Assembly: GCA_035327585.1 (NCBI GenBank)
Contig: DAOLDD010000014.1
Location: forward strand, 3,494-67,493
Direction: 5' to 3'
DNA: 64,000 nucleotides
DNA from: Kiritimatiellia bacterium
GTDB taxonomy: Bacteria; Verrucomicrobiota; Kiritimatiellia; CAIVKH01
In this document: one piece after another, positions 26,068 through 34,482 of the stretch
Layout of the letters: every line of letters begins with the position of its first letter
Numbering within the stretch: position 1 is the first letter of the stretch
Translations under genes and position numbers: made by a program
Notes under the pieces: generated by a model
What the model was told of the DNA's origin: nothing
Databases searched by the model: none
The model's input: only the letters and a program-made list of their open reading frames with translations

Positions 26068-26802
26068 TTACGCCTTCGCCGCGGCGTTCAACGCCGCGAG
26101 CGTCGCGTGGCCCTCGTAGAGCGCCTTGCCAACAATTGCGCCGTGCAGATTGGCGCGGCCCAGCGCGCGCAATGCGGCGACATCGGCCACTGCGCTGACG
26201 CCGCCCGATGCGATCACGTCGCAGCGGACGGCCATGCAGATTTCATCCACCGCTTGCGTGTTCGTGCCCTTGAGCATGCCGTCGGTCGCGGTGTCCGTGC
26301 AAATCAACGTGCGGACGCCGAGCGACTCCGCCTCGCGCGCGAGGTCCACCGCGCGGATGTCCGTCGTCTCCGTCCAGCCCTTCACCTGCACGCGGCCGCC
26401 GCGCGCATCAATACCGACCGCGATCTTCTCGCCGTACCGCTGCACCAGCGCGCGCACCTGCTCCGGCTCCGACCACGCCCGCGTGCCGAGTACCACGCGG
26501 AATGCGCCCGCGTCGAGCAACCGCGCGACATCCGCGTCCGTGCGCAAACCGCCGCCGACCTGCACCGGCATCCGCACCGCGCAGATCATCTCCGCAATCA
26601 ACGCGTGCTGCGCCGACGCGCCGGAAAACGCGCCGTCGAGATCCACCACATGCAGCACCTCCGCGCCCTGCGCCTCCCAGTGCCGCGCCATCGCCACCGG
26701 GTCCCGGCCGTACACCGTCGCCTGATCCGCCCGTCCCTGCAGCAGGCGCACGCAATGGCCGCCCTTGATGTCCACCGCCGGATAAATCGTAAAGCCCGTC
26801 AT
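26068..26802 (-). CDS. hisA: 1-(5-phosphoribosyl)-5-[(5-phosphoribosylamino)methylideneamino]imidazole-4-carboxamide isomerase
   Basis: Begins IYPAVDIKGGHCVRL, with the HisA/HisF (beta/alpha)8 motifs VGGGLRT and ASGGVS; 244 aa. Confidence 0.9.
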   Translation of the reverse strand: MTGFTIYPAVDIKGGHCVRLLQGRADQATVYGRDPVAMARHWEAQGAEVLHVVDLDGAFSGASAQHALIAEMICAVRMPVQVGGGLRTDADVARLLDAGAFRVVLGTRAWSEPEQVRALVQRYGEKIAVGIDARGGRVQVKGWTETTDIRAVDLAREAESLGVRTLICTDTATDGMLKGTNTQAVDEICMAVRCDVIASGGVSAVADVAALRALGRANLHGAIVGKALYEGHATLAALNAAAKA

Positions 26803-27428
26803 TGCGCCGCCGTCCTTTCATACGCCCAGTCCGCGAAGTTCTGGAGCAGCATCAGCCCCACCCGTTGGCTCTTCTCCGGGTGGAACTGGATCGCCATCAC
26901 GTTGTCGCGCCAGACCACCGCGCCGAATGGCCCGCTGTACTCCGCCACGCCGACGACCTCCGGCCCCTCCGCCTCCGCACGGTAGGAGTGCACAAAATAA
27001 AAATAGGCCTCGTCCGGGATGCCCTGAAACAGCGGGCACGCGCGGTCGCGCTGCCGCACGCTGTTCCACCCGATCTGCGGAATTTTCAGCCCTGGCGCGT
27101 CCGCGAAGCGGCGGATCATCCCCGGAAAAATGCCGAGCCCGGGCACATCCGGCGACTCTTCGCTGCCCTCGTACAACGCCTGCAACCCGACGCAAATCCC
27201 GAGAAACGGCCGCCCATCCGCGATCCACTTCTTCACCGGCGCCTCGAACCCGTGCCCGCGCAGCTTGTTCAGACAGTCGCCAAACGCGCCGACGCCCGGC
27301 AAGACCATCGCCTCGACGCCGCGCAGTTCGTCCGGCTTCGTCACCACACGCGCCGGCACCTCCAGGAAGCGAAACGCATTCGTCACGCTCCCGAGGTTGC
27401 CCGCTTCGTAATCGAGAATTCCAATCAT
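26799..27428 (-). CDS. hisH: imidazole glycerol phosphate synthase, glutamine amidotransferase subunit
   Basis: Begins MIGILDYEAGNLGSV, catalytic-Cys context GICVGLQ, and His/Glu in FHPEKS; 209 aa. Confidence 0.9.
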   Translation of the reverse strand: MIGILDYEAGNLGSVTNAFRFLEVPARVVTKPDELRGVEAMVLPGVGAFGDCLNKLRGHGFEAPVKKWIADGRPFLGICVGLQALYEGSEESPDVPGLGIFPGMIRRFADAPGLKIPQIGWNSVRQRDRACPLFQGIPDEAYFYFVHSYRAEAEGPEVVGVAEYSGPFGAVVWRDNVMAIQFHPEKSQRVGLMLLQNFADWAYERTAAQ

Positions 27429-27474
27429 GGTGGGGGGAGAAGGTTTCAGGTTTCAGGTGTCGGGTGGTCAATCT

Positions 27475-27525
27475 GGCCCCCGGCGGGCTTGTCCCGCCGG
27501 AGCCTAAGTTCCTTGGCTACAGCGT
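27475..27525 (+). repeat. structured hairpin repeat element (7-8 bp GC stem, CTTGY loop, conserved 3' tail AAGTTCCTYGGCTAC); copy 1 of 3
   Basis: GGCCCCCGGCGGGCTTGTCCCGCCGGAGCC is identical (30/30) to the reverse complement of 37042-37071. A variant with compensatory stem changes lies at 15971-16015. Confidence 0.8.
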
Positions 27526-27617
27526 AACCGCCGAACTTTCGCTCCCGCGACGCGAGGTCGCGGGGGGCGGGAAGAACATCCCGGACGCCACCAATTTTCA
27601 ATGCTCATCTTCGTGCG

Positions 27618-27680
27618 AAAAAGTTTCAACGTCTGTAATTTCTTTTTTTAAAAAGTTTCAACGTCTGTAAAAATATTTCT
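27618..27680 (+). repeat. tandem pair of the TTTCAACGTCTGTAA + T-run unit (copy 2 of the TTACAACGTCTGTAA family)
   Basis: TTTCAACGTCTGTAATTTCTTTTTTT followed by TTTCAACGTCTGTAAAAATATTTCT, in the 265-nt hisB-hisH intergenic gap. Confidence 0.8.
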
Positions 27681-27694
27681 GAACATCGAACCGG

Positions 27695-28285
27695 CTAGAG
27701 CGTTCCCTTGCTCGACAACACACCTTTGATGCGCGGGTTTCGTGTCGCGGCTTGGAGCAGCGCCTTGGCGACTCCTTTGAAAACGCTCTCCAGCGCGTGG
27801 TGCGGTTCCTGGCCGTATTGCTGCGCGATGTGCAGGTTCATGCGGCCCTGGGTGACGAAGCCGCGGAAGAATTCCTCCATCAGGTCGACATCGAAATCGC
27901 GGATCTTGCGCTTCTTCGTCGCGAGGGAATAGACGAGGTACGGCCGGCCGCCGAGGTCCATCGCAACCTGGCACAGCGCCTCGTCCATCGGCACGAGGCT
28001 CCAGCCATAGCGCGTGATGCCCTTGCGGTCGCCGAGCGCCTGGTTGAGCGCCTCGCCGAGCGCAAGGCCGACATCCTCCACCGTGTGGTGATAGTCCACA
28101 TCGAGGTCGCCCTTCGCCTTCACGTTCAAATCGAGCAGCGCGTGTTTCGCGAGCAAATCGAGCATGTGATCGAGGAACGCGATCCCCGTTTTGTTTTTGT
28201 AGACGCCGTCGCCATCGAGGTTGAGGTCGATGACGATGTCGGTTTCCTTCGTTTTTCTAACAATTCGGGCCGTGCGTTTTTTCAT
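27695..28285 (-). CDS. hisB: imidazoleglycerol-phosphate dehydratase
   Basis: Begins MKKRTARIVRKTKETDIVIDLNLDG, with the HHTVED metal-binding motif; 196 aa. Start set at ATG 28285 (the ORF-track start is 450 nt too long). Confidence 0.9.
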   Translation of the reverse strand: MKKRTARIVRKTKETDIVIDLNLDGDGVYKNKTGIAFLDHMLDLLAKHALLDLNVKAKGDLDVDYHHTVEDVGLALGEALNQALGDRKGITRYGWSLVPMDEALCQVAMDLGGRPYLVYSLATKKRKIRDFDVDLMEEFFRGFVTQGRMNLHIAQQYGQEPHHALESVFKGVAKALLQAATRNPRIKGVLSSKGTL

Positions 28286-28316
28286 GACGCGGATAGGATA
28301 GCACGGCGGAGGAAGG

Positions 28317-28344
28317 ACGGAAGACGGAAAACGGAAGACGGAAA
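28317..28344. repeat. tandem heptad repeat (ACGGAAR)x4 in the divergent hisB / CYTH promoter region
   Basis: ACGGAAG ACGGAAA ACGGAAG ACGGAAA, preceded by a partial GGAAGG. Confidence 0.7.
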
Positions 28345-28354
28345 AGTCCGGGTC

Positions 28355-28831
28355 ATGAAACAGGAGATCGAACGCAAGTTTCTGGTGCGCGACGACGCGT
28401 GGCGCGCGGCCTCCGTGTCCGCGACGCGCATGCGGCAGGGGTATCTCTGCCTCGACCCGGCGCGTACGGTGCGCGTGCGGCTCGCGGGCGAGCGGGCGTG
28501 GCTCACCATCAAGGGCGAGGGCGACGGCCCGGCGCGGGCGGAATACGAATATCCGATTCCGCCGGACGACGCCGCGGCGCTGCTCGACCGCCTGTGCCAT
28601 CCCGGCCAGATCGACAAGACGCGGCATCGCATTCCGTACGGCGGGTTGGTGTTTGAAGTCGACATTTTCCACGGCGAGAACGAAGGCCTCGAACTCGCGG
28701 AAGTCGAACTGCCCGCGACCGACACCGTGGTCGAGCACCCGACCTGGCTCGGCGAGGAAGTGACCGGCGACCCGCGCTACTTCAACGCCTATCTCGCCAA
28801 ACGCCCGTTTACGACGTGGCCACAGGCCTGA
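28355..28831 (+). CDS. CYTH-domain protein (class IV adenylate cyclase / triphosphate tunnel metalloenzyme family)
   Basis: N-terminal EIERKFLV signature of CYTH domains, 158 aa; RBS-like G-rich stretch upstream. Confidence 0.7.
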   Translation: MKQEIERKFLVRDDAWRAASVSATRMRQGYLCLDPARTVRVRLAGERAWLTIKGEGDGPARAEYEYPIPPDDAAALLDRLCHPGQIDKTRHRIPYGGLVFEVDIFHGENEGLELAEVELPATDTVVEHPTWLGEEVTGDPRYFNAYLAKRPFTTWPQA

Positions 28832-28886
28832 AAAGAAATGGCCCCCGATTTGCGCAACCGAGGGCCCTTCCGTTGGACCACAGCGT

Positions 28887-30596
28887 CTAGTGCTTCTCGA
28901 TGATCGCCTTCGCGCGGTCCTTGCCGCCGAGGCCGAAGGCCAGGCCGATCGCGAGGGCGGCGCCGCCGAGCACGGCGGTGACCGCGACGGTCACGATCTG
29001 CTGGCTCACGCCCAGTTCATCAAGGGCCATGCCGGCGCCGAGGAACACGATCGCGTAGCGCGCGACGGTTCCCAGCGTGCCCGCGTAAGGCGAACTGCCC
29101 GACGCCTGCGACACCACGTTCCCGACAAAGCGACCCAGACTCAGGGCGGCCAACAGGATGATGATGCCGACAAAGAGGTTCGGCAGGTAGCGCACGAACC
29201 GGTCGGTCAGCGCGGCGAGCTGGTCGAACCCGAGCGACGAGAGCGCCTGGGAGGCGGTCAGCAGCAGGACCACCACCATGACCACCGTGCCGATGATCGC
29301 GGAGAGCGGCTGGCGCCCGGACTGCGGCGCGAGGAAGTCGAGGCCGAGCCGGGCCGGCAGCGTGTCAAAGCCAACGCCCGCCAGCAGGTTTTGCACAAGC
29401 CCGCGCACGAAACGCGCCACGGCGTAACCAATGAATACGATCACCGACGCGACGAGCACGGCGGGAATCGCGGCGAGCACGCTCTCCAGCGTATTGCGGA
29501 CCGGCAGTGAAATCGCGGTGATTTGCAGGGCGTCCAGCGCGGAGATCACGATGGGCACCAGGATGAAGACGTATGCGATCACCGCGGCAAGGCCGGACAG
29601 CTTCTGTTTGCCGAAGACCGCGCTCACGCCCAACCGGTCGGCCAGTTGGTCGGCGCCCGCCGCCGCGAGGAAGCTGGACACCACTTCGCGCACGATGACC
29701 GCGACGATGTTGCCGATCAGCAGGATGATGCCCGCGGCAATGATGTTGGGAATGAACGCCAGCGTCTTGGACAGCATATCCTGCAACGGCGCGACGAGCG
29801 CCTCCTGGCCGAGGGCCTGCAGGAACGGCGGGATGCCGAACAGCAGGATGACGTAGAAGAGCAGGCGACCGGCAAGTTCCGAGGGACCCACCGCCTTGCC
29901 GTCCACCTCGCGACTCGGGAAGAAGCGGCCGGCACGCTGGTCAAACTTGAGCACGCCAAGCAACTTGCCCAGCGCAAGACGCGCGATGCTGGCCACGGCC
30001 CAGTAGGCGAACAGAATGACGGCGGCCTTGAGCAGGCTGGGCACCACCTTGACGATGCTGTCGACGATGCCCTGGAGCGGTCCCGCCACCATGTGCAGGT
30101 TCAGCGCATTAAAGAATGCGACAAAGCCGACCAGCAGGATGACCCACTTCACCACGCCGCCCACGAGCTGCTCAATGGAGCAGGAGCTGCCGTCCGAACG
30201 TTTGAGCAGATCGCCCAGCCCCCAGTCGCGCGCCGCCCGCTCGTCGAGCTTGGTGAACCCGAGCACCTTGGTCGTGCCCGCGCCGACAAGGCGGGCGACG
30301 ATCCAGAAGCCGAGCAGCAGAATAATCGCCTTGATCAGAACCGGAAGCGCGGCCGTCGTGCGCTGCAACATGGGCAACACAGCTTCCTGCCAGAGCTTGC
30401 GGCCTTGATCCACGACGTCGCCGCCGCCGGTCCGCACCGCCTGGCCAACGTCCGTCACGGCGGACGCCGCGCCCTGAACCACTTCTTTTCCCGTCTGAAC
30501 CGGCGACACGCTGCCGCCGTCCTGCGCCCAAGCCGCCATTGCGCCGCCCAGCAGCAGACAGAACAAAATGCTCCCAAAACCGGTTAATGATTTCAT
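28887..30596 (-). CDS. large polytopic membrane protein with repeated 'conserved TM helix' units (putative mechanosensitive-channel-like)
   Basis: Signal peptide, then about 10 TM helices organised as internally repeated units of roughly 100 aa (each containing LLxxAAxxxGxxF-like helices); 569 aa. Confidence 0.6.
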   Translation of the reverse strand: MKSLTGFGSILFCLLLGGAMAAWAQDGGSVSPVQTGKEVVQGAASAVTDVGQAVRTGGGDVVDQGRKLWQEAVLPMLQRTTAALPVLIKAIILLLGFWIVARLVGAGTTKVLGFTKLDERAARDWGLGDLLKRSDGSSCSIEQLVGGVVKWVILLVGFVAFFNALNLHMVAGPLQGIVDSIVKVVPSLLKAAVILFAYWAVASIARLALGKLLGVLKFDQRAGRFFPSREVDGKAVGPSELAGRLLFYVILLFGIPPFLQALGQEALVAPLQDMLSKTLAFIPNIIAAGIILLIGNIVAVIVREVVSSFLAAAGADQLADRLGVSAVFGKQKLSGLAAVIAYVFILVPIVISALDALQITAISLPVRNTLESVLAAIPAVLVASVIVFIGYAVARFVRGLVQNLLAGVGFDTLPARLGLDFLAPQSGRQPLSAIIGTVVMVVVLLLTASQALSSLGFDQLAALTDRFVRYLPNLFVGIIILLAALSLGRFVGNVVSQASGSSPYAGTLGTVARYAIVFLGAGMALDELGVSQQIVTVAVTAVLGGAALAIGLAFGLGGKDRAKAIIEKH

Positions 30597-30731
30597 GAGA
30601 ACTTCCTCCCCGTTGTGAACGAACTGCAGCGCCGCCCCACCCGAGACGGCAAGATTTCATGGTAGGCACACATCCACAGGGGTGCAAGCCCCTTGGACGC
30701 AAAATAATGTGCCGTTTATGTGTGACCTGCG

Positions 30732-31577
30732 TCAGGGCCGGAGGACGGTATTGTCGATGAGGCGCGCGGAAGGGAAGTGTACGGCGAGCGCGCAGAGGGT
30801 TGGGCGCTCGATGAGCAGCACGGATTCCAGCGATTCGTCGTCAACCAGTTCGATGTAATCCACGCGGGCGAGCGGCGCGTGACCGATGACGCCGCGCGCC
30901 AGTTTCCGCAGCACATCCGCGTCGCGTTCTCCGTCCGCGAAGGCGCGCTCGACGGCGTCCAACGCGCGGCGCAGGCAGACCGCCTGCGCGCGCTCCTCCG
31001 GCGCGAGCCGCGCGTTGCGCGAGCTCATCGCGAGGCCATCGGGCTCGCGTACGAGCGGGCCGGCGATGATGTCCACCGGGATGTTGAGGTCGCGCACCAT
31101 GCGGCGGATGACGCGCAACTGCTGCGCGTCTTTTTCGCCAAACACCGCGCAGGCAGGAAGCACGAGGTTGAACAGTTTCGCCACGACCGTGCATACACCG
31201 TCAAAATGACCGGGGCGCGCCGCGCCGCACAAGCCGCCGGCGAGTCGGCGCTCGGTGACGGCCACGCTCGCATCGTGCGCGTACATCTCCTCCGCGGCGG
31301 GCGCGAAAAGGACATCGACCCCCGCCTCGCGGCAGAGCCGTTCGTCGCGGCCCCAGTCGCGCGGGTATTTCGAGAAATCCTCGTTCGGCCCGAATTGCGT
31401 GGGGTTCACGAAGATGCTGACGACCACCACGTCGGCGTTGCGCCGCGCGAGCGCGACGAGCGAGAGGTGCCCGGCGTGCAGATACCCCATCGTCGGCACG
31501 AACCCGACGCGCACCCCCGCGCGCCGCTGTTCCAGCGCCCACCGCTGCATGTCGGATGGATGACGAATGATGTTCAT
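30732..31577 (-). CDS. panC: pantoate--beta-alanine ligase
   Basis: Begins ...VGFVPTMGYLHAGHLSLV, a HIGH-type motif characteristic of PanC; 281 aa. Confidence 0.9.
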   Translation of the reverse strand: MNIIRHPSDMQRWALEQRRAGVRVGFVPTMGYLHAGHLSLVALARRNADVVVVSIFVNPTQFGPNEDFSKYPRDWGRDERLCREAGVDVLFAPAAEEMYAHDASVAVTERRLAGGLCGAARPGHFDGVCTVVAKLFNLVLPACAVFGEKDAQQLRVIRRMVRDLNIPVDIIAGPLVREPDGLAMSSRNARLAPEERAQAVCLRRALDAVERAFADGERDADVLRKLARGVIGHAPLARVDYIELVDDESLESVLLIERPTLCALAVHFPSARLIDNTVLRP

Positions 31578-31587
31578 GGGCCAATTC

Positions 31588-32709
31588 CTACATCCACATT
31601 TTCAAGCCCGACAGCCGGCCTTTGCCAGGGAGGGTGAAGATAAATTTGTTTTTGAGGCGCATGAGGCGATAGGGGTTGCCGCCGTGGACGGGGGCGTGCA
31701 GGGCGCCGAGCGTGTCGGCGCAGGCCGACTCGTAGCCGACTTCGGCGGCGATGGCCTCGGCGGCGGTCCCGGCGATGGTCCACGGGAAGCACAGGTGCCG
31801 CACGGTCGAGATGCGAAGGCGCGCGTTCAGGGTCTCGCGCGCGGCGGCGAGGTCGGCGCGGATCGCGGCATCGCGCTCGGCCGGCGTCTCGAAGCGACCC
31901 TTCAATTTACGCGCGGCGCGCCGCAGCCTGGCCGTCCACTCGGGGTCCTCGAAGAACGCGGGGCCGCCGCCCGCGAGCGCGATTTCCTGGCACGCCTGGC
32001 GCGCCTCGGCGTCGTCGTAGCGCAGCGCGTTGGACATGCGCGACCGCACCGCGTGGAGCGGCGTGCCCAAATCCTGCGCGGAAACAAAATGCGGCGCGGT
32101 CGCGGTCCCCACATTCGGCGCCTCGTGGATGTGCGGCGCGTAGGCGGGGGTCACGAAACCGGTGATGGCACGATCGCAAAAGACCATGGCATGCGCGTAG
32201 CTGTGCGCCTGGATGTCCCAATGGCCGGTGCCCTGCATGGCGCGCAATTCAGGCCAGGTCGCGAATGGGACCGGGGATCGGTCGATGCCCGGCGGCGCAC
32301 CATCCGCGTCGTCCAGCGTGGTGCGCATCACATCCGCCGCCGGCACGCGGCCCGGGGCGACGAAGAGGATCGCGGTCATCTGGTAGCGCCGCAGCAGCGG
32401 GGTGGCGACGGTCCACGCGCTCGCCCATGCGTCGTCGAAGGTCAGGCCCACGACGCGGTCGCCGGGGCGGTGGCCGTCGCGGACGAAACGCGCGATGTCG
32501 TCCGCCGTCACGGTGCGGTAGCCGTTGTCGCGGAGATAGGCGAGGCACGGCTCCAACTGCTCGCGCGTCACCTCGTGGAAGTGGAACACCGGCAGCAGGC
32601 CGGGCGCCACCGCGCCGCCGAAGACAAAACCGGGATACGCCCGTTTCGCGAGGTCGATCACCCCGCGCAATGGCGACTTCCGCTCCTGCAATGGAATACG
32701 CGCACCCAT
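31588..32709 (-). CDS. polysaccharide deacetylase family protein (NodB-homology/CE4 domain)
   Basis: Contains VVGLTFDDAWASAW (the TFDDG-type motif 1 of CE4) and the histidines of motifs 2 and 3; 373 aa. Confidence 0.7.
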   Translation of the reverse strand: MGARIPLQERKSPLRGVIDLAKRAYPGFVFGGAVAPGLLPVFHFHEVTREQLEPCLAYLRDNGYRTVTADDIARFVRDGHRPGDRVVGLTFDDAWASAWTVATPLLRRYQMTAILFVAPGRVPAADVMRTTLDDADGAPPGIDRSPVPFATWPELRAMQGTGHWDIQAHSYAHAMVFCDRAITGFVTPAYAPHIHEAPNVGTATAPHFVSAQDLGTPLHAVRSRMSNALRYDDAEARQACQEIALAGGGPAFFEDPEWTARLRRAARKLKGRFETPAERDAAIRADLAAARETLNARLRISTVRHLCFPWTIAGTAAEAIAAEVGYESACADTLGALHAPVHGGNPYRLMRLKNKFIFTLPGKGRLSGLKMWM

Positions 32710-32815
32710 CGAAACGCGGCATCGTAGCGCGGCGTCGGCAAAAAATCACGTCGCCAGGCACGAAAATATTGGTTTGGACGTGCAATAAGCCGTCGCACCA
32801 GTACGTTATTCGGGG

Positions 32816-33571
32816 ATGAACACGAAAATCGCCCTTTTCGCCGGTCTTTCCGTTTTCGCCGCCGGGCTCGTGAGCGGCATGTTCACGCAGCGCATGCTTG
32901 CGCCCGAACCAGAGGCCGTAGCGCTGGCTCCGGAACCCGCCGCGGCTGACCGCGGTGAAACGCTTGCCCAGATGGAACAGCGGCGGCCGCGCACCGAAAA
33001 CCGCGTCCGCGACGATGCCTTCGACTGGATGGATGCGGAACCCGAACCGATGGCAAGGGAAGCCGTCCTCCCGGGCGAGCCGGGCGAAGCCATCCGCCCC
33101 CCGCCCCGCGACCGCGAAAACGGCGACGGCCCGGCCTGGGGGCGTGTCGCGTGGACCAACCGCGAGGCGTGGATGGAGCAGCGGCGCATTGAACAACTTG
33201 CGCGCATGCAGAACATCCGCTCAAACCTGGTGGAAAAGGCCGAATTGAACGAGCAGCAGGAAGTTCGCTTCGATGTGCTGGTCGCCGCGATGAATATGCG
33301 CCTGCTCGAACAAAGCCGCACCTGGCAGGAAGCCATCGAGAATGGAACCATGGGCCGACACGAAGTGCGCGCCCGCGCGATGAAAGAGATTGGGTCGGCC
33401 CTCAGCGTGACCTACGACGAACTCGACCGGAACATGCCGCCGGAATGGCGCACGGCGACCACCAACGAGAGCGTCAATCTGTGGACCTTCATCGAACCCG
33501 AAGTCTGGGGCGCCATGCGTCCCCTCATGGGCCGCGGCCGCCCACCCCGCCCGAATCCGCCCGCACAATAG
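32816..33571 (+). CDS. periplasmic hypothetical protein with an N-terminal membrane anchor
   Basis: N-terminal TM (IALFAGLSVFAAGLVSGMF), then a charged helical region (possible Spy/CpxP-like, weak); 251 aa. Confidence 0.45.
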   Translation: MNTKIALFAGLSVFAAGLVSGMFTQRMLAPEPEAVALAPEPAAADRGETLAQMEQRRPRTENRVRDDAFDWMDAEPEPMAREAVLPGEPGEAIRPPPRDRENGDGPAWGRVAWTNREAWMEQRRIEQLARMQNIRSNLVEKAELNEQQEVRFDVLVAAMNMRLLEQSRTWQEAIENGTMGRHEVRARAMKEIGSALSVTYDELDRNMPPEWRTATTNESVNLWTFIEPEVWGAMRPLMGRGRPPRPNPPAQ

Positions 33572-33677
33572 GACGGCTGCCGGCCGCGCGGGCAATCAAA
33601 ACGAGGGGTTGACCGCTTCGTTGTCGCGATTCACTTCCCGGTCGGTGGATCAACGCGCTCCCACGTCTGCAGTGGAT

Positions 33678-34304
33678 TCAAGGAATGGTATCCGCAGCCG
33701 GTTCTGCCTTCGGCTGCGCAGTCTCCCGGACCCGGGTAAACGTGATTCCCCCTTCGTCGCCTCCAGCGGGGAAAGCCCCCGGATCATCGGCATACGTGGC
33801 GACGAAGGCGTGAAGTTCCTCCGTGGACGCCGTCAGGAAGAGAAAGCCGCCCTCCGGTTTCTCGTGCTTGATGTTTACCGAACCCTGCTTGAGCATGGAT
33901 TCCAGCCACTTGGCGGACATCGCGGTCAGTGTGAGCGAATCGCCGCCGAGCGTAACCTTCCAGAAGCTGCGCAACTGGACGAAGTGGCCCCCGTAAAACG
34001 TCTTGGCGTGGATCTCATTCGGTCGCTTGGGCAGAAGTTCCAGGAATCGGTTCGTACCGATGATTCCCAACGTGGCCTGCCATTCCGCGGGCGGCTGGTC
34101 CTTCATTTCCGTCCGGAGTTGGTATCGCCCGCTCTTCGAATCATAAGCCCTGAGCGTCCACGTGGCCGAGGCACTCCGCCACACCCCTTCAAGCGCCGGA
34201 TCGTAGGCAGCGTCCTGGCCGGTGAAAAGTGAATGCAACGTGGGGACACAGGCGCCCGATAAAAGCGCCACCGCCAGCAACGCGCCCAGGATACAGGTCT
34301 TCAT
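33678..34304 (-). CDS. lipoprotein, hypothetical (lower-GC gene)
   Basis: Lipobox MKTCILGALLAVALLSGAC. Local GC is about 52-58% against about 70-78% in neighbouring housekeeping genes. Preferred over the overlapping + strand ORF 33609-34232, which has no features. Confidence 0.5.
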   Translation of the reverse strand: MKTCILGALLAVALLSGACVPTLHSLFTGQDAAYDPALEGVWRSASATWTLRAYDSKSGRYQLRTEMKDQPPAEWQATLGIIGTNRFLELLPKRPNEIHAKTFYGGHFVQLRSFWKVTLGGDSLTLTAMSAKWLESMLKQGSVNIKHEKPEGGFLFLTASTEELHAFVATYADDPGAFPAGGDEGGITFTRVRETAQPKAEPAADTIP

Positions 34305-34482
34305 AAGCGACTCCGTGTTCTGATGTGCCAACACCCCACATCCTGCCCGGAATCATGATGTCACCGCCAGCCAAAGAATTTACAAAGAAGGACTCGACGG
34401 ACTCCTGCTCACCATTCGGCTCGGGACGGTCCGCTATTGATTCGTGTGGATTCGCGTCCATTCGTGGTTAACTTCCCGGATG

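Noticed and set aside
33609-34232. 207-aa + strand ORF overlapping the lipoprotein gene
   Set aside because: No signal or motif, Arg/Gly/Ser-rich. The minus-strand frame has a clean lipobox signal peptide and balanced composition.
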